Source of the DNA: an uncultured Chromatiales bacterium
GTDB taxonomy: Bacteria > Bacteroidota > Ignavibacteria > SZUA-365
Assembly (NCBI GenBank): GCA_964371045.1
Contig: CAYJMN010000002.1
Location: 60,959 to 124,958 of the forward strand
DNA length: 64,000 nt
Direction of reading: 5' to 3'
Shown here: one piece after another, positions 30,266 through 41,062 of the stretch
How positions within the stretch are numbered: the stretch's first letter is position 1
How the letters are laid out: every line of letters begins with the position of its first letter
The notes under the pieces: generated by a model
The model's input: the letters and a program-made list of their open reading frames with translations, nothing else
Databases searched by the model: none
What the model was told of the DNA's origin: nothing
Position numbers and translations under genes: made by a program

Positions 30266-31372
30266 CTATTTCCGCACCCTTGCCATGATCACCACTCCTG
30301 CGGCAAGAAAAAGCAGATTAGGCAGCCATGCCGCCACCACTGGATGGATGTTTCCGTTGTAGCCGAATATCTGACTGAGCTTCTGACTGACCAGATACAC
30401 AAAGAGCAAAAATATGCTGATGCCGAACTGCACCGCCAGTCCGCTGCGCCGCTTGACGGACGCGAAGGGGATACCGAAGAACACGACGATAAGCGAGGCG
30501 AAGGGGAAAGCGATTTTACCGTGATAATCGACGCGCAGTCGCGCAATGTCGCTCCCGGCATTGCGCTGCCTTTCGATGTATTCGCGAAATTCCTCAAGGC
30601 CCATTTCTTCCGGCTTCTGCTGCATACGAAGGATCATCTCGGGCGTCAGAGCAATGCGGCCCAGTTTGAGACTGTCGATATGCCCGACAACCTCGCGCTC
30701 CTGAATGGATGTGCTCGAATCGACGCTAAAGGTGCGGCGTATTCCGTTGAACATCATCCAGGCTCCTTGCGCCTCGCGCCATTCCATCCGTTCGGCGTCG
30801 ATCCGCTGCACCATGCGGGTCGGATCGTGCGCGTCGAAACTTTGCAGCTTCACTCTCCGAGCCACCGAACTCCCCTCGTCGTAATACTCCACCGAAATAA
30901 TACGATTGCCGCTGTCCTGAAAGTACATATTGTATCTGCCGCCGCTCGTCAGGTGCTTTTTCAGATGCTCACGCTCCAGATTCAACCGCGAGGCGTTAAT
31001 CTGCGGTACCAGCCATCCATCGAAGAGCAGCATCAGACAACTTACTATTATTCCCACCACAAGCAGCGGAAGCATGAAGCGGTACAGACTCCGGCCTGCG
31101 CACTTGATGATGGTCAATTCATTACTGTTGCTCATCCTGCCCACGACAAAGAGCGCGGAGAGCAGCATCGCCACCGGAACCATGAGACTGAAAATGCGCG
31201 GCAGAAAGTACACGTAATACAAAACGATGTACTGCATGGCCACATTTTGATCGATGAAATCATCCAGGTTTTCGATCATATCCACAAGGATGAAAATGAG
31301 ACCGAAAGCAAGCAGGCCAAACAGGACGGACTTGATAAACTGGTAGGTCACATGACGATCGAGCATACCCAT
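30266..31372 (-). CDS. lptG: LPS export ABC transporter permease, LptG-like (YjgP/YjgQ family)
   Basis: 368 aa. Six TM segments with a large periplasmic loop between TM3 and TM4, typical of LptF/LptG. It abuts the upstream paralogue with no gap. Confidence 0.75.
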   Translation of the reverse strand: MGMLDRHVTYQFIKSVLFGLLAFGLIFILVDMIENLDDFIDQNVAMQYIVLYYVYFLPRIFSLMVPVAMLLSALFVVGRMSNSNELTIIKCAGRSLYRFMLPLLVVGIIVSCLMLLFDGWLVPQINASRLNLEREHLKKHLTSGGRYNMYFQDSGNRIISVEYYDEGSSVARRVKLQSFDAHDPTRMVQRIDAERMEWREAQGAWMMFNGIRRTFSVDSSTSIQEREVVGHIDSLKLGRIALTPEMILRMQQKPEEMGLEEFREYIERQRNAGSDIARLRVDYHGKIAFPFASLIVVFFGIPFASVKRRSGLAVQFGISIFLLFVYLVSQKLSQIFGYNGNIHPVVAAWLPNLLFLAAGVVIMARVRK

Positions 31373-32830
31373 CTAGCGTTTCCTCACTGCCGCCGATGGC
31401 GGTCCGGTCTCGCCACGCAAACTCTTTGGAATAAAGCGATTGAACACCGTCCAGTCGATGGCGGTCGATTCCCGCGCCATGCGGACGGTCAGGAGCGTCC
31501 CCATCACACCCAGAATGATATTCGCGAACCACATTCCCCAGAAGGGCGAAAAGGCCCCGCGATCCGCCAGCTTCTCGCCCCCGATCAAACAGGCCCAGTA
31601 GAACAGGAAGAATCCAAGACTCAATCCGGCACCCATGCCGAATCCGCCTCGTCGAGCCATGGTGCCCAGTGGCACTCCGATCAGAACAAAAACGAAACAG
31701 GCTACGGGAATGGAATACTTTTTATAGATCTCCACGAGGAAGCGATCCGCCTGCCTCGCATCGAAATCAATCCCGCTTGCATCGGCAAGTGCTTCGGCCT
31801 GCAACTGCCTGATATCGTTCAAGGCCCGGTACGCTATGGCCACAGAGTCGAATTGCGACTGCTGAAGAGGGGCGGCCGTCGAGGTATCCGCGATGGTCAC
31901 ACTCCGGAAACGTAGCGGCGCGGCGGCATAGTACCGGGGCGTACCGTTGATGTATCCACGAAGATGAACGACCATGCGCTCACTGAAAAGCTGATGCTTG
32001 TTCCTTTGTATCGCGTCAATGCTGTCCACGATGGTCTTCATCATTCCCGCGCTCATTGTCCTGTCGTCACGGCGCATGGAGGAGGCGTCCGTCCGTTGAA
32101 AACCGAATCCACTTGCGGGAATCGAAACACGATGCCTGATGAAGCGCAGCGTGCGGTATCGTGTGAGCGTGCTGTTGTCGACATCGTGAATCTCGCCGTT
32201 GTCGAGATCCATGACGATGCTCGCATAGTCGGCGGAAAAACTCACCTTCCCTCGCGTCGCTGTGACGACAACGCTTCGTTCGGGATCGGACATATCATAG
32301 ATGGTGACGCCTTCGAGATCGTTGCTTTTCTCGAATGTCCGCCGAACGAGGATGCGGTAGTTAGGGATTTCTTCTTCTGAGGTGAACACTCCAGCCTGGA
32401 GGGACAGCGTTGGTTTGATGCGCACGATGTCAGTCATCAGCGTCTGCAAACGGATATTCGCCTCGGGAAGCACCGAGTTGTTGAACCAGATCAGCGCCAC
32501 CGTCACGAACGACACGGCGATCACCACGGGCGTCATCATGCGGTACAAGCTCATGCCGCAGGCACGCATGATGGTGGTTTCATTGTCCGCCGACAGTTTG
32601 CCGAAGGCCATGAGCGAAGCCACGAGGGAAGCCATCGGAACAGAAAGGACCAGCATCCATGCCAGGTTCAGCGCGATGAGTTCAAGTATCACCCATACGC
32701 TCAGACCTTTGCCCACGAGATCGCCCGCCCTTTTCATGAGAAATTGGAGCAGGAAAAGGAAAATGATGATGGCGTTCGAGAAAACGAACGGACCGATATG
32801 TGCGCGAAGAATGTGACGTGAGAGGATCAT
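31373..32830 (-). CDS. lptF: LPS export ABC transporter permease, LptF-like (YjgP/YjgQ family)
   Basis: Start taken at the internal Met 32828-32830 (MILSRHILRAHIGPFVFSNAIII...). Same TM and periplasmic-loop architecture as the downstream gene. The 82-codon extension in the ORF track has non-protein-like composition. Confidence 0.7.
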   Translation of the reverse strand: MILSRHILRAHIGPFVFSNAIIIFLFLLQFLMKRAGDLVGKGLSVWVILELIALNLAWMLVLSVPMASLVASLMAFGKLSADNETTIMRACGMSLYRMMTPVVIAVSFVTVALIWFNNSVLPEANIRLQTLMTDIVRIKPTLSLQAGVFTSEEEIPNYRILVRRTFEKSNDLEGVTIYDMSDPERSVVVTATRGKVSFSADYASIVMDLDNGEIHDVDNSTLTRYRTLRFIRHRVSIPASGFGFQRTDASSMRRDDRTMSAGMMKTIVDSIDAIQRNKHQLFSERMVVHLRGYINGTPRYYAAAPLRFRSVTIADTSTAAPLQQSQFDSVAIAYRALNDIRQLQAEALADASGIDFDARQADRFLVEIYKKYSIPVACFVFVLIGVPLGTMARRGGFGMGAGLSLGFFLFYWACLIGGEKLADRGAFSPFWGMWFANIILGVMGTLLTVRMARESTAIDWTVFNRFIPKSLRGETGPPSAAVRKR

Positions 32831-33176
32831 CGACTGTACCGATGAGTGAGCCCATAGAAATTTCCATTGCGCGAGACGCCTCCAAGCAGTAACATGTGTG
32901 CTGCCATGCGCCTCGCGATATTGGTGCGACATTTCAATATAGCCATTTTCACAAAGAGTGACTGTTGCACGGACCGATGCATGTTGCGTATTTTTGGTGT
33001 TGGCCGATAACTTCGTTTGAAGATTCCCGTCCATCTGGAAATCGTCTTTTATCCGCAAGTCCCCAGAATCGATCACCTCATTGCTGAAGGGTCTCTATCG
33101 AGCAAATCGCTACAGTACAACTGACTGATCTCCACTCGCACACGGCAAGAGACGATTGACTGCCAACACGAATCGA

Positions 33177-36100
33177 ATGAGACCTTCATCCCGTTACTCG
33201 GGCGATGGGCGAGGTGTATCCTCGCCAGTCCGCTATTATGGCGCGGTGATCGGCGCCTCGGCGCTGTCGTTGCTGCTGTTTCTCGGCGCATCGGCAACAC
33301 CCGCGTTTCCGCGGTATCACATCACCATCGAAGCGGCTCGAGCCTGGAATCTGGCGATCGCGGCACTCGCTTTCGTCCCTCCCGCCGCCGAAGCCGAAGC
33401 CGCGACGCTTCAACCGCACACGGAGGAATCGACTGCGGTCGAGGAAGCTTCCACCGTCCCTGCGCTCGAATTCGATCTGTCTGATCTTTTGCCGTCGGCT
33501 GGCCCCGGCATAAACGAAAACCGGCACCCGGTAATTTCAGATCCGTTTTTCGCCGACATGGAACTCGCCGCGTTTGCGGCTTCACTCCCGCGGCCGGACG
33601 ATAGTCTTGATATCCCTCCATCCGACAGCACCACTCGAGCGAAATTTCTTCCTCAACGCCGTCGTCCCTCACCGGTTACACAGCCATTCCCTGAACGCGT
33701 TTCTCCGCTGTATTTGAATTCGGGAGCCATTACACGCCTTGTGACCATCGACTCTTCAAAAAACGAGGTGCTTATTAGGGAGACCGTGAATGGAAAGGAC
33801 ATTCGCATTCCCTATCGCATGACGCTCGAGGATTACATTCGTGCCCGATACAATTACGAGCGCGAACAGCGCACGGCGGCTGAAGCAGCGCGGTTCGAAA
33901 AACAGGAAGGCGACCAGCTCGAGCAATTGCTGAAAAACCTGACCGAGATCGACATTCCTATCGCCCCGAATCCGTTGATGAGTATTTTCGGCGACCGCAG
34001 CCGCATCAGCGTGCGAATCAACGGCGCTATCGATATCAATGCCGGATTCCGCATTGAGTCATCGGACCAGCAATCGGTGTTCCTTCGCCCGACGCAATTC
34101 TCTCCGAACTTCAAACAGCAGGTGCAGATCAACGTCAACGGTATGGTCGGCGACAAGCTCAGCATCAAGGCGGATTGGAGCACCGAGCGGACCTTCGATT
34201 ACGAGAACCAGCTGAAAATAAAATACACCGGCTATGAGGATGAAATCGTTCAGTCCGTGGAAGCGGGAAACGTTTCTCTGCAAACGCCCTCGTCGCTCAT
34301 TCAGGGAAGCGGCGCACTGTTCGGCATCAAGGCGGAGTTCCAGTTGGGTCCACTCCATCTATCCACGATCGCCTCGCAGAAAAAGGGCGAATCGTCGAAG
34401 CTGTCCGTTTCCGGCGGTGCCCAGGAGCAAAAGTTCGAACGGCGCGCATACGAGTATTCGGACAATTATTATTTTATCGATCTCGCCTACCGGGAAGACA
34501 ACAACGAAGGAAATAACCAGTACGAGTCCTATTATAACTTCCGATTCACGCATCCGGGATCCAAGGCACCGTACATTCTGTTTCCCTCGTTGATCGTCAA
34601 GGAAATCGAGGTCTGGGTATCCCGACCAGCCAGTTCGGGCGTCATAACCGATCCCCAGGAACGCGAAGCGATTGCCTTCATCGACAATCCCACGGGCTAC
34701 GAACCTTCATCCTCCGATTTCCCGTCAGAATACACACCATTCCTCGATCCAGGCCTCACGGTGACGCCGGAATCCGGCTTGATCGAGGCAGGCAAATTCA
34801 AGCGCCTCCAGCGTGACATCGACTACACTCTGAGCAACGCGACCGGTATCATTTCCTTGAATCAGAGTCTCCAGGACGATCAGGTTGTTGCCGTCGCATA
34901 CCGTATCGAGGGTCCCAGCGATCTTACTCCGACGGACGACATCATCTTTGGTACTTTCGCAGGCGACCCGCGTCTGAAGGTGTACAAGGATGCGAACGGA
35001 TTGGATGTACCCTCACGCATGGTGCTGAAACTGGTCAAGCCGCGCAACCTGACTCCCTCCTTCGAGAAGGCGTGGAAGCATAAAGTGAAGAGCATCTATT
35101 CGCTGAACACCCGCAACATGCGCGCGGAGGATCTGGCGAATTTCAAGCTCATGTACCGAAGCGGCGGCCAGCCCGACCAGGAAGTGCTGCCCGATATCAG
35201 TGCGCTGCTGATCCGTCTGTTCGGTCTCGACAATACGGATGACAATGGCGGCTACCCCGATTCAAAAATCGATTTTCTTCCCGGATTGACGGTCAATCCT
35301 GTGCGCGGCGAAATCATTTTTCCGACCCTCGAGCCATGGGGACAGGGCCTGCTGGACAATTTCAAGCAGTTGTTGCGCAGCCAGGATACCTCGTTGATCA
35401 AGCCCTTCCTGTTCCCGGAATTGTACAGCGACACAAAGCAGGGAGCACAGAGGACCGGTAAAGATAAAATCCTGATTCTCGGTACCACGCGCGGTTCGAG
35501 TTCGGCCATTTTTCAACTCGGTTTCAATGTCGTCTCTGGCTCGGTGCGTGTGACGCTCAATGGTTCTCCGCTCACACCCGGAGTTGACTACACCGTTAAC
35601 GAGCAGGTTGGTTCCGTTCAGATTCTTAAGGAGGAAGCGCTCGCACCGGGAGCGAAGCTTGACATCGAATACGAGAAACAGGACCTCTTCACCTTCGCAT
35701 CGAAGACCCTCGTCGGTGCACGTGGAGAAATAGATATCAATAAGGAGTCGTACCTCGGATTCACCTTCCTGAGCCTGAGTCAGAAAACACTCAGCGACAA
35801 GGTGCGCATCGGCGAAGAACCCATCAGCAACAGCATGTTCGGCGTCGACGCAAAGACGATGCTTGAACTCCCCGTCCTCACTGACGCTCTCAACACACTT
35901 CCCTTCATTTCGACGAAAGAGAAGTCGACACTCACCCTGCAAGGCGAAGCTGCGATGGTGATGCCCGGCGGAGATTCAAAAACCAGCACCATCCCTTCCG
36001 ATAATGGCGAAAGCATAGCATATCTGGATGATTTCGAGGGCTCGCGCATTTTCATTCCTCTGCAGACCGCGTATTCCGTGTGGCGCACCAGTTCCGTGCC

Positions 36101-39100
36101 CAACGTACTGCCGAGCAACAACGCCGCCAACGACAGCATCATGAATACCAACCGGGCCATGCTGAATTTCTACAATCTCGATATCTCGTCCACGTCGCCC
36201 AGGACCGTTCGTGTCGATGACATCTGGCCCGAAAAAAGTGTCGCGCGCGAGGACCAGCGTGTGACCGTACTGGATCTCGATTACTATCCGACGGTCAGGG
36301 GGCCATACAACTACACACCCGATCTCGGTGTACAGCAGCGCAACTGGGGCGGCATCATCCGCTTGCTTCCGTCCAACGCGTCCAACCTTGTGGACGGTAA
36401 CTTCAACTACATCGAATTGTGGATGAAGGTGGACAACCACAGCGGCGGCAAGCTGATCATAGACATGGGAAAGATTTCGGAGGATGTGATCCCGAATGGG
36501 AAACTCGAATCCGAGGACGACTACCTCCCGGGATCGATTCGTAACGGCATTCTCAATGCCGGCGAAGACGTGGGTCTGGATATGCTTACCGACGATCAGG
36601 AGCGCGAGCGTTACGCCGCCGAGATCGCCGCCGGCTTGATCGATGCGGTAGATCCGAGCGGGGATAATTTCCGGTACGATCCAGACAACTGGAGAAGCTT
36701 CAACGGCACACAGGGCAACGGCGACGAGGAGGACGGAGATCCTGCGGGTCAATTCCCCGACACGGAGGATCTGAACAACAACAGCATTCTGGATCTCGCC
36801 AACGATTATTTCCGTTTCGTGATCGATCTCGACACGACGCGCTTCGATCTCGGCGCCGTGGATCACAATCCCTATGTTGTCGGCGGCGGCACCAACGGAT
36901 GGTATCAGTTCCGCATCCCGCTCAACGTGCCGGATGATCGCATCGGCACTCCTGCGCTCGATAACGTCGAGTATTTGCGCGTTGTGCTTACCGACATCGA
37001 GAGTCAGGATGCCGCGACTCCGGTCAACGTGCGCATCGCCGAGTTCAACCTGGTCGGCAATCAGTGGTACGAGCGCGTACGCAACGATTCCAATTTCGCG
37101 GTGTCCGTCGTCAATGTCGAGGATAATCCCCTTTACGAGGTGCCGCCGGGGGTTATTCGTCCCCGGGACCGTACCAGACCCGATCAGCAGATTTTCGGCA
37201 ACGAGCAGTCACTGAATTTGAGTTTCGACAATCTCAAAACCGATACGCTTCGTGAAGCATATAGGCTCTTCCCCGGAACGGGCATCGACCTGTTCAACTA
37301 TCGTCGCCTCAAAATGTACGTTTACGGTGATCCGCTTCTCGATGGCTTCGATTACGAGGTCGTGATGCGTTTCGGCATCGACACGGCCAATTATTACGAG
37401 TATCGGGCGCCGATCAGACCGCGATGGGCTGATGAGAACGAAATAGACATCGATTTTTCCGAATTGACCGCTGTGAAAGCGATCATCGACGCAACTTCCA
37501 CCTACGATGATTTCCCGTCCAGCAGCAATCCCGACGCGCATTTCTGGGTATACGGCAGCCCCGATATCGTCCGTGTTCAATTCATCTCCGTTGGCGTCCG
37601 GAACATGGACAGCAGGGAAATCAGCGGCAACGTGTGGATCAATGAACTCCGCGTTATCCAACCGAACACGCAAATCGGCTACGCCTACAACGCATCCATG
37701 AACCTCCGGCTGGCCGATATCGCGGATATCAGCGCCAGCATGATGCACAGTGACCCGTACTTTCACGGTATATCCGAACGCTTCAGCGCCAATCGCGCGT
37801 GGACGACGGCCTGGAACATGAATACGACGTTGAATATCGACCGGGTCTTTCCACAGGATTGGAAGGGAACGCAGGTACGCGTGACCTACTCGCATGCGGA
37901 GAATCTGAGCAAACCGCTTTTGCTCGCCGACAAACCCGATGTCGTGGTTGAAGCTTCCGTGTCAGCCCTTGCGGAAAAAATGCGGGGTGAAGGCAAATCG
38001 CAGAGGGAAATCGACATCGAGGTGCGCAACGCCCGCATCGCGACGCAGACGCTCGAGATTCGCGACAGTTGGGCGATTCCCACCGTCAGGCTCAAGGCCC
38101 CGGGCGAAAGCTGGCTGGTTCAGGATGTGGTCAATCGTCTCGAATTGAGCTACAATTATTCGGTGACCCGTTTTCGCGATCCGGTGTTCCGCTCCCGGCG
38201 CAACTGGCAATGGCAGGCGAGGGTCGGTTACGGGTACGACTTCGGAAGAGAATCTTATGTCCAGCCATTCAAGAAGCTATTTGACGGCGTGTTCCTCCTC
38301 GATGCCTATCGCGACGCGAAATGGTATTTTCTGCCTACACGTATCGGAACCGATGCGACACTCGATCGTTCGCGCATCGAAGAGGTTGAGAGATTCCCGC
38401 TGCGTTACCGTCCTTTCACACGATCCTTTACGCACAGTCGGTCGGCGAACCTCTCGTTTACACTTTCGGAAGCCAGCCTTCTCAATCTCAGCGGAAGCAT
38501 TGGATCGAACATCCGCACGTCGCTTCTCGGTCTTGAAACCGAGCAGGTCTTCGATGCCAATGGCGACCAGGTGGTCGACGATTTCGGGATCCCTGTCGTG
38601 ACGCAACGCCAGAGTTCAGCGATTTTCCGCGATATCTTCTTCGGGAAGGGACACTTCGATCTTGGTCCCGCCACCAATTACCAGCAGCAATTCTCCCTTC
38701 AAAGCCGACCTGCGATTCCGAATATCTTCAATCTCGATAAATTTGTCGATTTGAGCGCCGGTTACACCGTTTCCTACAATTGGCAGCAGAACATCCAGCA
38801 GGCGGACCAGGGTCGGACGGCGAGTTACAACGCCAGCATCAACTCGACGCTGAACGTCAAGCTGCGGCAATTGTTTGAGCCTCTTTTTGGTTCCGCTAAA
38901 CCTGCAGCCCCTGTTCCGGACAGAAAGCCCGTGCCTGGAAGAACCATGCCCGCGAAACCGGATAAGGCGCCGACCGATTCAGGCGAAGATGGGGAAAGAA
39001 TCGAGGACCTCCCGTTGCGTCTCCTGATCGAGCGCCTTGAACAGCTCGATCCCACGTTATATGCGATGGAAATAGAGAAGCTCCGTCCGGTGGTTGAGTT

Positions 39101-40646
39101 GGAATTGCAGCTTCGCGAAATGAAGCGCAATGCGCGCCAGGATGAAGACATGGAGAGAGTCATACAGATCAACGAGGAGATACAGCTTGCCCGGAAACGA
39201 GCAATCGCCCTGCTCAAGAATCAAGCTGAACCTGTTGGCGAGGAAGAAGACCCTCAGGCCGGCGGTGGTTCAAATCCCTTTTCGCTGATCGCAGGTACAT
39301 TCGGCGATATTCTCTACTATGGTCTGAAGGTCCCGTTCCTGGATTACGATAATGTAGGGTTCACTTTTTCGCAGGGCAACACCAGCCAGGTTGGCGGTGT
39401 ACGCGGTCTGACGGGTTTCACGACCTTCTGGTCGAGCACACCGTTCGGCAACCAACCCAACGCAGACGAGGGACCATCTCAATTGTATCAGCTCGGTCTG
39501 GTCAGCGATCCGAATCCCTCTTCCGGACGAATCGCGTTCAAGAGCAGCTTCCCCTTTATCGGGATTGAGGACTATAGTCGCGGTCTCCGCGCGCCGAATC
39601 CCAGCGGAACGTTCGCGGATAACTACGCACAATCCAATACCTTCTCCATCAAGACCAATCGCCCACTCTGGGAAGGCGCCCGTCTTGATCTCAACTGGGA
39701 TCTGCGCTGGTCGCTCAACAAGAATTACCAGATCCGGACAACGGATCAGGGCGAGCAGATCATTACAAGCATCACCACAACTGGACGACTCGAGCGTTCT
39801 TTTCTGGCTTTCCCCGATTTCCTTTTCTTCAGTTATTTCAACACGAACATGAATTCCGTCAATGAGCGGTTCACTGAGCTGAAGAACGATCCGACCGACA
39901 TGAGAATCGAGTCCGAAAAACTTGCCCAGGCATTCGAGGAGGGATTCGAAGCTATTCCCTGGCTTTCCTCGGTCATGACCAATTTCCTTCCTCGAGTCAA
40001 CTGGGGTATCCGGTGGGACGGGATGGAAAAATGGAGCCTCCTGAGCGGACTTGCGGATCGCATCTCTTTGGAACACCGTTATTCCTCGAACCTCGCCGAT
40101 GGATGGCGTTTGAGTCCTGACGACGGCTCCCGCCTCACTGAAACGAAGCAGGTTGGTTTCAATTTCCAACCGCTCATAGGTGTCCAGCTCGGGTTTAATC
40201 AACTCTGGGGCGGCGATCTCAGCGTCACGACACGATGGAGCAAGAAAGGTACATTCGGCCTGAATTCCTCCGCGAGCAACATCACCGAAGACAACACGGA
40301 TGAGATCACCATGACCGCCGAGTTCAAGAAAACCGGCTTCGACATGCCCTTGTTCGGCCTGACGTTGAAAAACGACATCAATTTCAATGTCGCCTTCAGT
40401 CTCGCGAAGAATTCGTCACGTATCTACAGCATCAACGACCTTGGTAGCGGTGGTCAGCCTCGCGAAGGAACCACACGCACCACAATCGAGCCGCGCGTCC
40501 GTTATTCCGTCAGCCAGCGTGTGCAGGCGTCCATTTTCTATCGGTACCAAAGGACCAAGCCCGATGCCGAAGCCGGCTCGCGCATCCCCGGTACCACCGT
40601 GCACGAAGGCGGCCTCGAAATACGCATTACCATCGCCGGTTCATGA
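33177..40646 (+). CDS. sprA: T9SS outer-membrane translocon SprA/Sov (cell-surface protein SprA)
   Basis: ORF of about 2490 aa, matching SprA size. N-terminal hydrophobic signal-like segment, then extremely long beta-rich sequence throughout. Sits in a T9SS-bearing genome context with three CTD cargo genes in the window. The start is ambiguous: TTG at 33156 or ATG at 33177. Confidence 0.75.
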   Translation: MRPSSRYSGDGRGVSSPVRYYGAVIGASALSLLLFLGASATPAFPRYHITIEAARAWNLAIAALAFVPPAAEAEAATLQPHTEESTAVEEASTVPALEFDLSDLLPSAGPGINENRHPVISDPFFADMELAAFAASLPRPDDSLDIPPSDSTTRAKFLPQRRRPSPVTQPFPERVSPLYLNSGAITRLVTIDSSKNEVLIRETVNGKDIRIPYRMTLEDYIRARYNYEREQRTAAEAARFEKQEGDQLEQLLKNLTEIDIPIAPNPLMSIFGDRSRISVRINGAIDINAGFRIESSDQQSVFLRPTQFSPNFKQQVQINVNGMVGDKLSIKADWSTERTFDYENQLKIKYTGYEDEIVQSVEAGNVSLQTPSSLIQGSGALFGIKAEFQLGPLHLSTIASQKKGESSKLSVSGGAQEQKFERRAYEYSDNYYFIDLAYREDNNEGNNQYESYYNFRFTHPGSKAPYILFPSLIVKEIEVWVSRPASSGVITDPQEREAIAFIDNPTGYEPSSSDFPSEYTPFLDPGLTVTPESGLIEAGKFKRLQRDIDYTLSNATGIISLNQSLQDDQVVAVAYRIEGPSDLTPTDDIIFGTFAGDPRLKVYKDANGLDVPSRMVLKLVKPRNLTPSFEKAWKHKVKSIYSLNTRNMRAEDLANFKLMYRSGGQPDQEVLPDISALLIRLFGLDNTDDNGGYPDSKIDFLPGLTVNPVRGEIIFPTLEPWGQGLLDNFKQLLRSQDTSLIKPFLFPELYSDTKQGAQRTGKDKILILGTTRGSSSAIFQLGFNVVSGSVRVTLNGSPLTPGVDYTVNEQVGSVQILKEEALAPGAKLDIEYEKQDLFTFASKTLVGARGEIDINKESYLGFTFLSLSQKTLSDKVRIGEEPISNSMFGVDAKTMLELPVLTDALNTLPFISTKEKSTLTLQGEAAMVMPGGDSKTSTIPSDNGESIAYLDDFEGSRIFIPLQTAYSVWRTSSVPNVLPSNNAANDSIMNTNRAMLNFYNLDISSTSPRTVRVDDIWPEKSVAREDQRVTVLDLDYYPTVRGPYNYTPDLGVQQRNWGGIIRLLPSNASNLVDGNFNYIELWMKVDNHSGGKLIIDMGKISEDVIPNGKLESEDDYLPGSIRNGILNAGEDVGLDMLTDDQERERYAAEIAAGLIDAVDPSGDNFRYDPDNWRSFNGTQGNGDEEDGDPAGQFPDTEDLNNNSILDLANDYFRFVIDLDTTRFDLGAVDHNPYVVGGGTNGWYQFRIPLNVPDDRIGTPALDNVEYLRVVLTDIESQDAATPVNVRIAEFNLVGNQWYERVRNDSNFAVSVVNVEDNPLYEVPPGVIRPRDRTRPDQQIFGNEQSLNLSFDNLKTDTLREAYRLFPGTGIDLFNYRRLKMYVYGDPLLDGFDYEVVMRFGIDTANYYEYRAPIRPRWADENEIDIDFSELTAVKAIIDATSTYDDFPSSSNPDAHFWVYGSPDIVRVQFISVGVRNMDSREISGNVWINELRVIQPNTQIGYAYNASMNLRLADIADISASMMHSDPYFHGISERFSANRAWTTAWNMNTTLNIDRVFPQDWKGTQVRVTYSHAENLSKPLLLADKPDVVVEASVSALAEKMRGEGKSQREIDIEVRNARIATQTLEIRDSWAIPTVRLKAPGESWLVQDVVNRLELSYNYSVTRFRDPVFRSRRNWQWQARVGYGYDFGRESYVQPFKKLFDGVFLLDAYRDAKWYFLPTRIGTDATLDRSRIEEVERFPLRYRPFTRSFTHSRSANLSFTLSEASLLNLSGSIGSNIRTSLLGLETEQVFDANGDQVVDDFGIPVVTQRQSSAIFRDIFFGKGHFDLGPATNYQQQFSLQSRPAIPNIFNLDKFVDLSAGYTVSYNWQQNIQQADQGRTASYNASINSTLNVKLRQLFEPLFGSAKPAAPVPDRKPVPGRTMPAKPDKAPTDSGEDGERIEDLPLRLLIERLEQLDPTLYAMEIEKLRPVVELELQLREMKRNARQDEDMERVIQINEEIQLARKRAIALLKNQAEPVGEEEDPQAGGGSNPFSLIAGTFGDILYYGLKVPFLDYDNVGFTFSQGNTSQVGGVRGLTGFTTFWSSTPFGNQPNADEGPSQLYQLGLVSDPNPSSGRIAFKSSFPFIGIEDYSRGLRAPNPSGTFADNYAQSNTFSIKTNRPLWEGARLDLNWDLRWSLNKNYQIRTTDQGEQIITSITTTGRLERSFLAFPDFLFFSYFNTNMNSVNERFTELKNDPTDMRIESEKLAQAFEEGFEAIPWLSSVMTNFLPRVNWGIRWDGMEKWSLLSGLADRISLEHRYSSNLADGWRLSPDDGSRLTETKQVGFNFQPLIGVQLGFNQLWGGDLSVTTRWSKKGTFGLNSSASNITEDNTDEITMTAEFKKTGFDMPLFGLTLKNDINFNVAFSLAKNSSRIYSINDLGSGGQPREGTTRTTIEPRVRYSVSQRVQASIFYRYQRTKPDAEAGSRIPGTTVHEGGLEIRITIAGS

Positions 40647-40719
40647 TCCGACGTTTGGACCACCGCCATCTCGCAGTATTTTACGTCACGAATACCATTC
40701 ACTTTCGGACAGGAACTCC

Positions 40720-41058
40720 ATGAGTCTCAACATGCAGGATATGATGGCAAAGGTACAGGAACTGCAAACACGAATGCAGGACGCGCAGGAGAAGCTCCGC
40801 GCAATTGAAACCACGGTGGAAGTCGGGGCCGGGATGGTTCGTGTCGCAATCAACGGCAAACAGGAAATAAAAAAAATCACTATCGATAAAAGCGTTGTTT
40901 CTCCGGATGACGTTGAACTTCTTGAAGATTTGATTCTCTCCGCCGTGAACAAGGCTATTTCACAATCTCAAAAACTTGCGCAGGAGGAGATGGGGAAGGC
41001 TACTTCAGGGATGCTCCCGAACATCCCTGGACTGAACCTGGGCAATCTCGGAATCTGA
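40720..41058 (+). CDS. ybaB: nucleoid-associated protein YbaB/EbfC
   Basis: MSLNMQDMMAKVQELQTRMQDAQEKLRAIETTVEVGAGMVRVAINGKQEIKKITIDKSVV is a textbook YbaB. The upstream part of the 223-aa ORF-track entry is spurious read-through of the sprA 3' region. The canonical ybaB-recR pair follows. Confidence 0.9.
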   Translation: MSLNMQDMMAKVQELQTRMQDAQEKLRAIETTVEVGAGMVRVAINGKQEIKKITIDKSVVSPDDVELLEDLILSAVNKAISQSQKLAQEEMGKATSGMLPNIPGLNLGNLGI

Positions 41059-41062
41059 TACG

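Noticed and set aside
31373-33076. N-terminal extensions of several genes in the ORF track: lptF to 33076, sseA to 60224, the S9 peptidase to 51501, the cyclophilin to 53465, dapB to 13866, OmpA to 5808, the FRG gene to 7553, and the TonB receptor to 10678
   Set aside because: In each case a signal peptide or the known family N-terminus begins at an internal Met, and the extension is compositionally aberrant or overlaps a neighbouring gene. Starts were trimmed accordingly. This is inference without ribosome-profiling support.
39250-39285. GGTTCAAATCC, a classic tRNA T-loop motif
   Set aside because: The flanking sequence cannot form a T-stem (GGTGG versus CCCTT), there is no acceptor or anticodon arm, and it lies in-frame inside sprA coding sequence (GGGSNPFS).
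35976-40202. Long minus-strand ORFs inside sprA (35976-36866, 37209-37895, 39270-40202), plus equivalents inside ftsK (25174-26109), gcvT (27750-28970), lptF/G (30344-31915), recQ (45011-45802), the MutS-like gene (48187-49053), PPK2 (51374-52285), the cyclophilin (52416-53189) and surE (54636-55295)
   Set aside because: Each is antisense to a gene with strong independent motif evidence and has a non-protein-like composition. None has a plausible RBS or independent domain.
40387-40719. 223-aa ORF-track version of ybaB beginning at 40387
   Set aside because: Its first 111 codons overlap the sprA 3' end in another frame and translate to Pro/Ser/Ala-rich nonsense. The YbaB homology starts exactly at Met 40720, which has an upstream AGGAAC.
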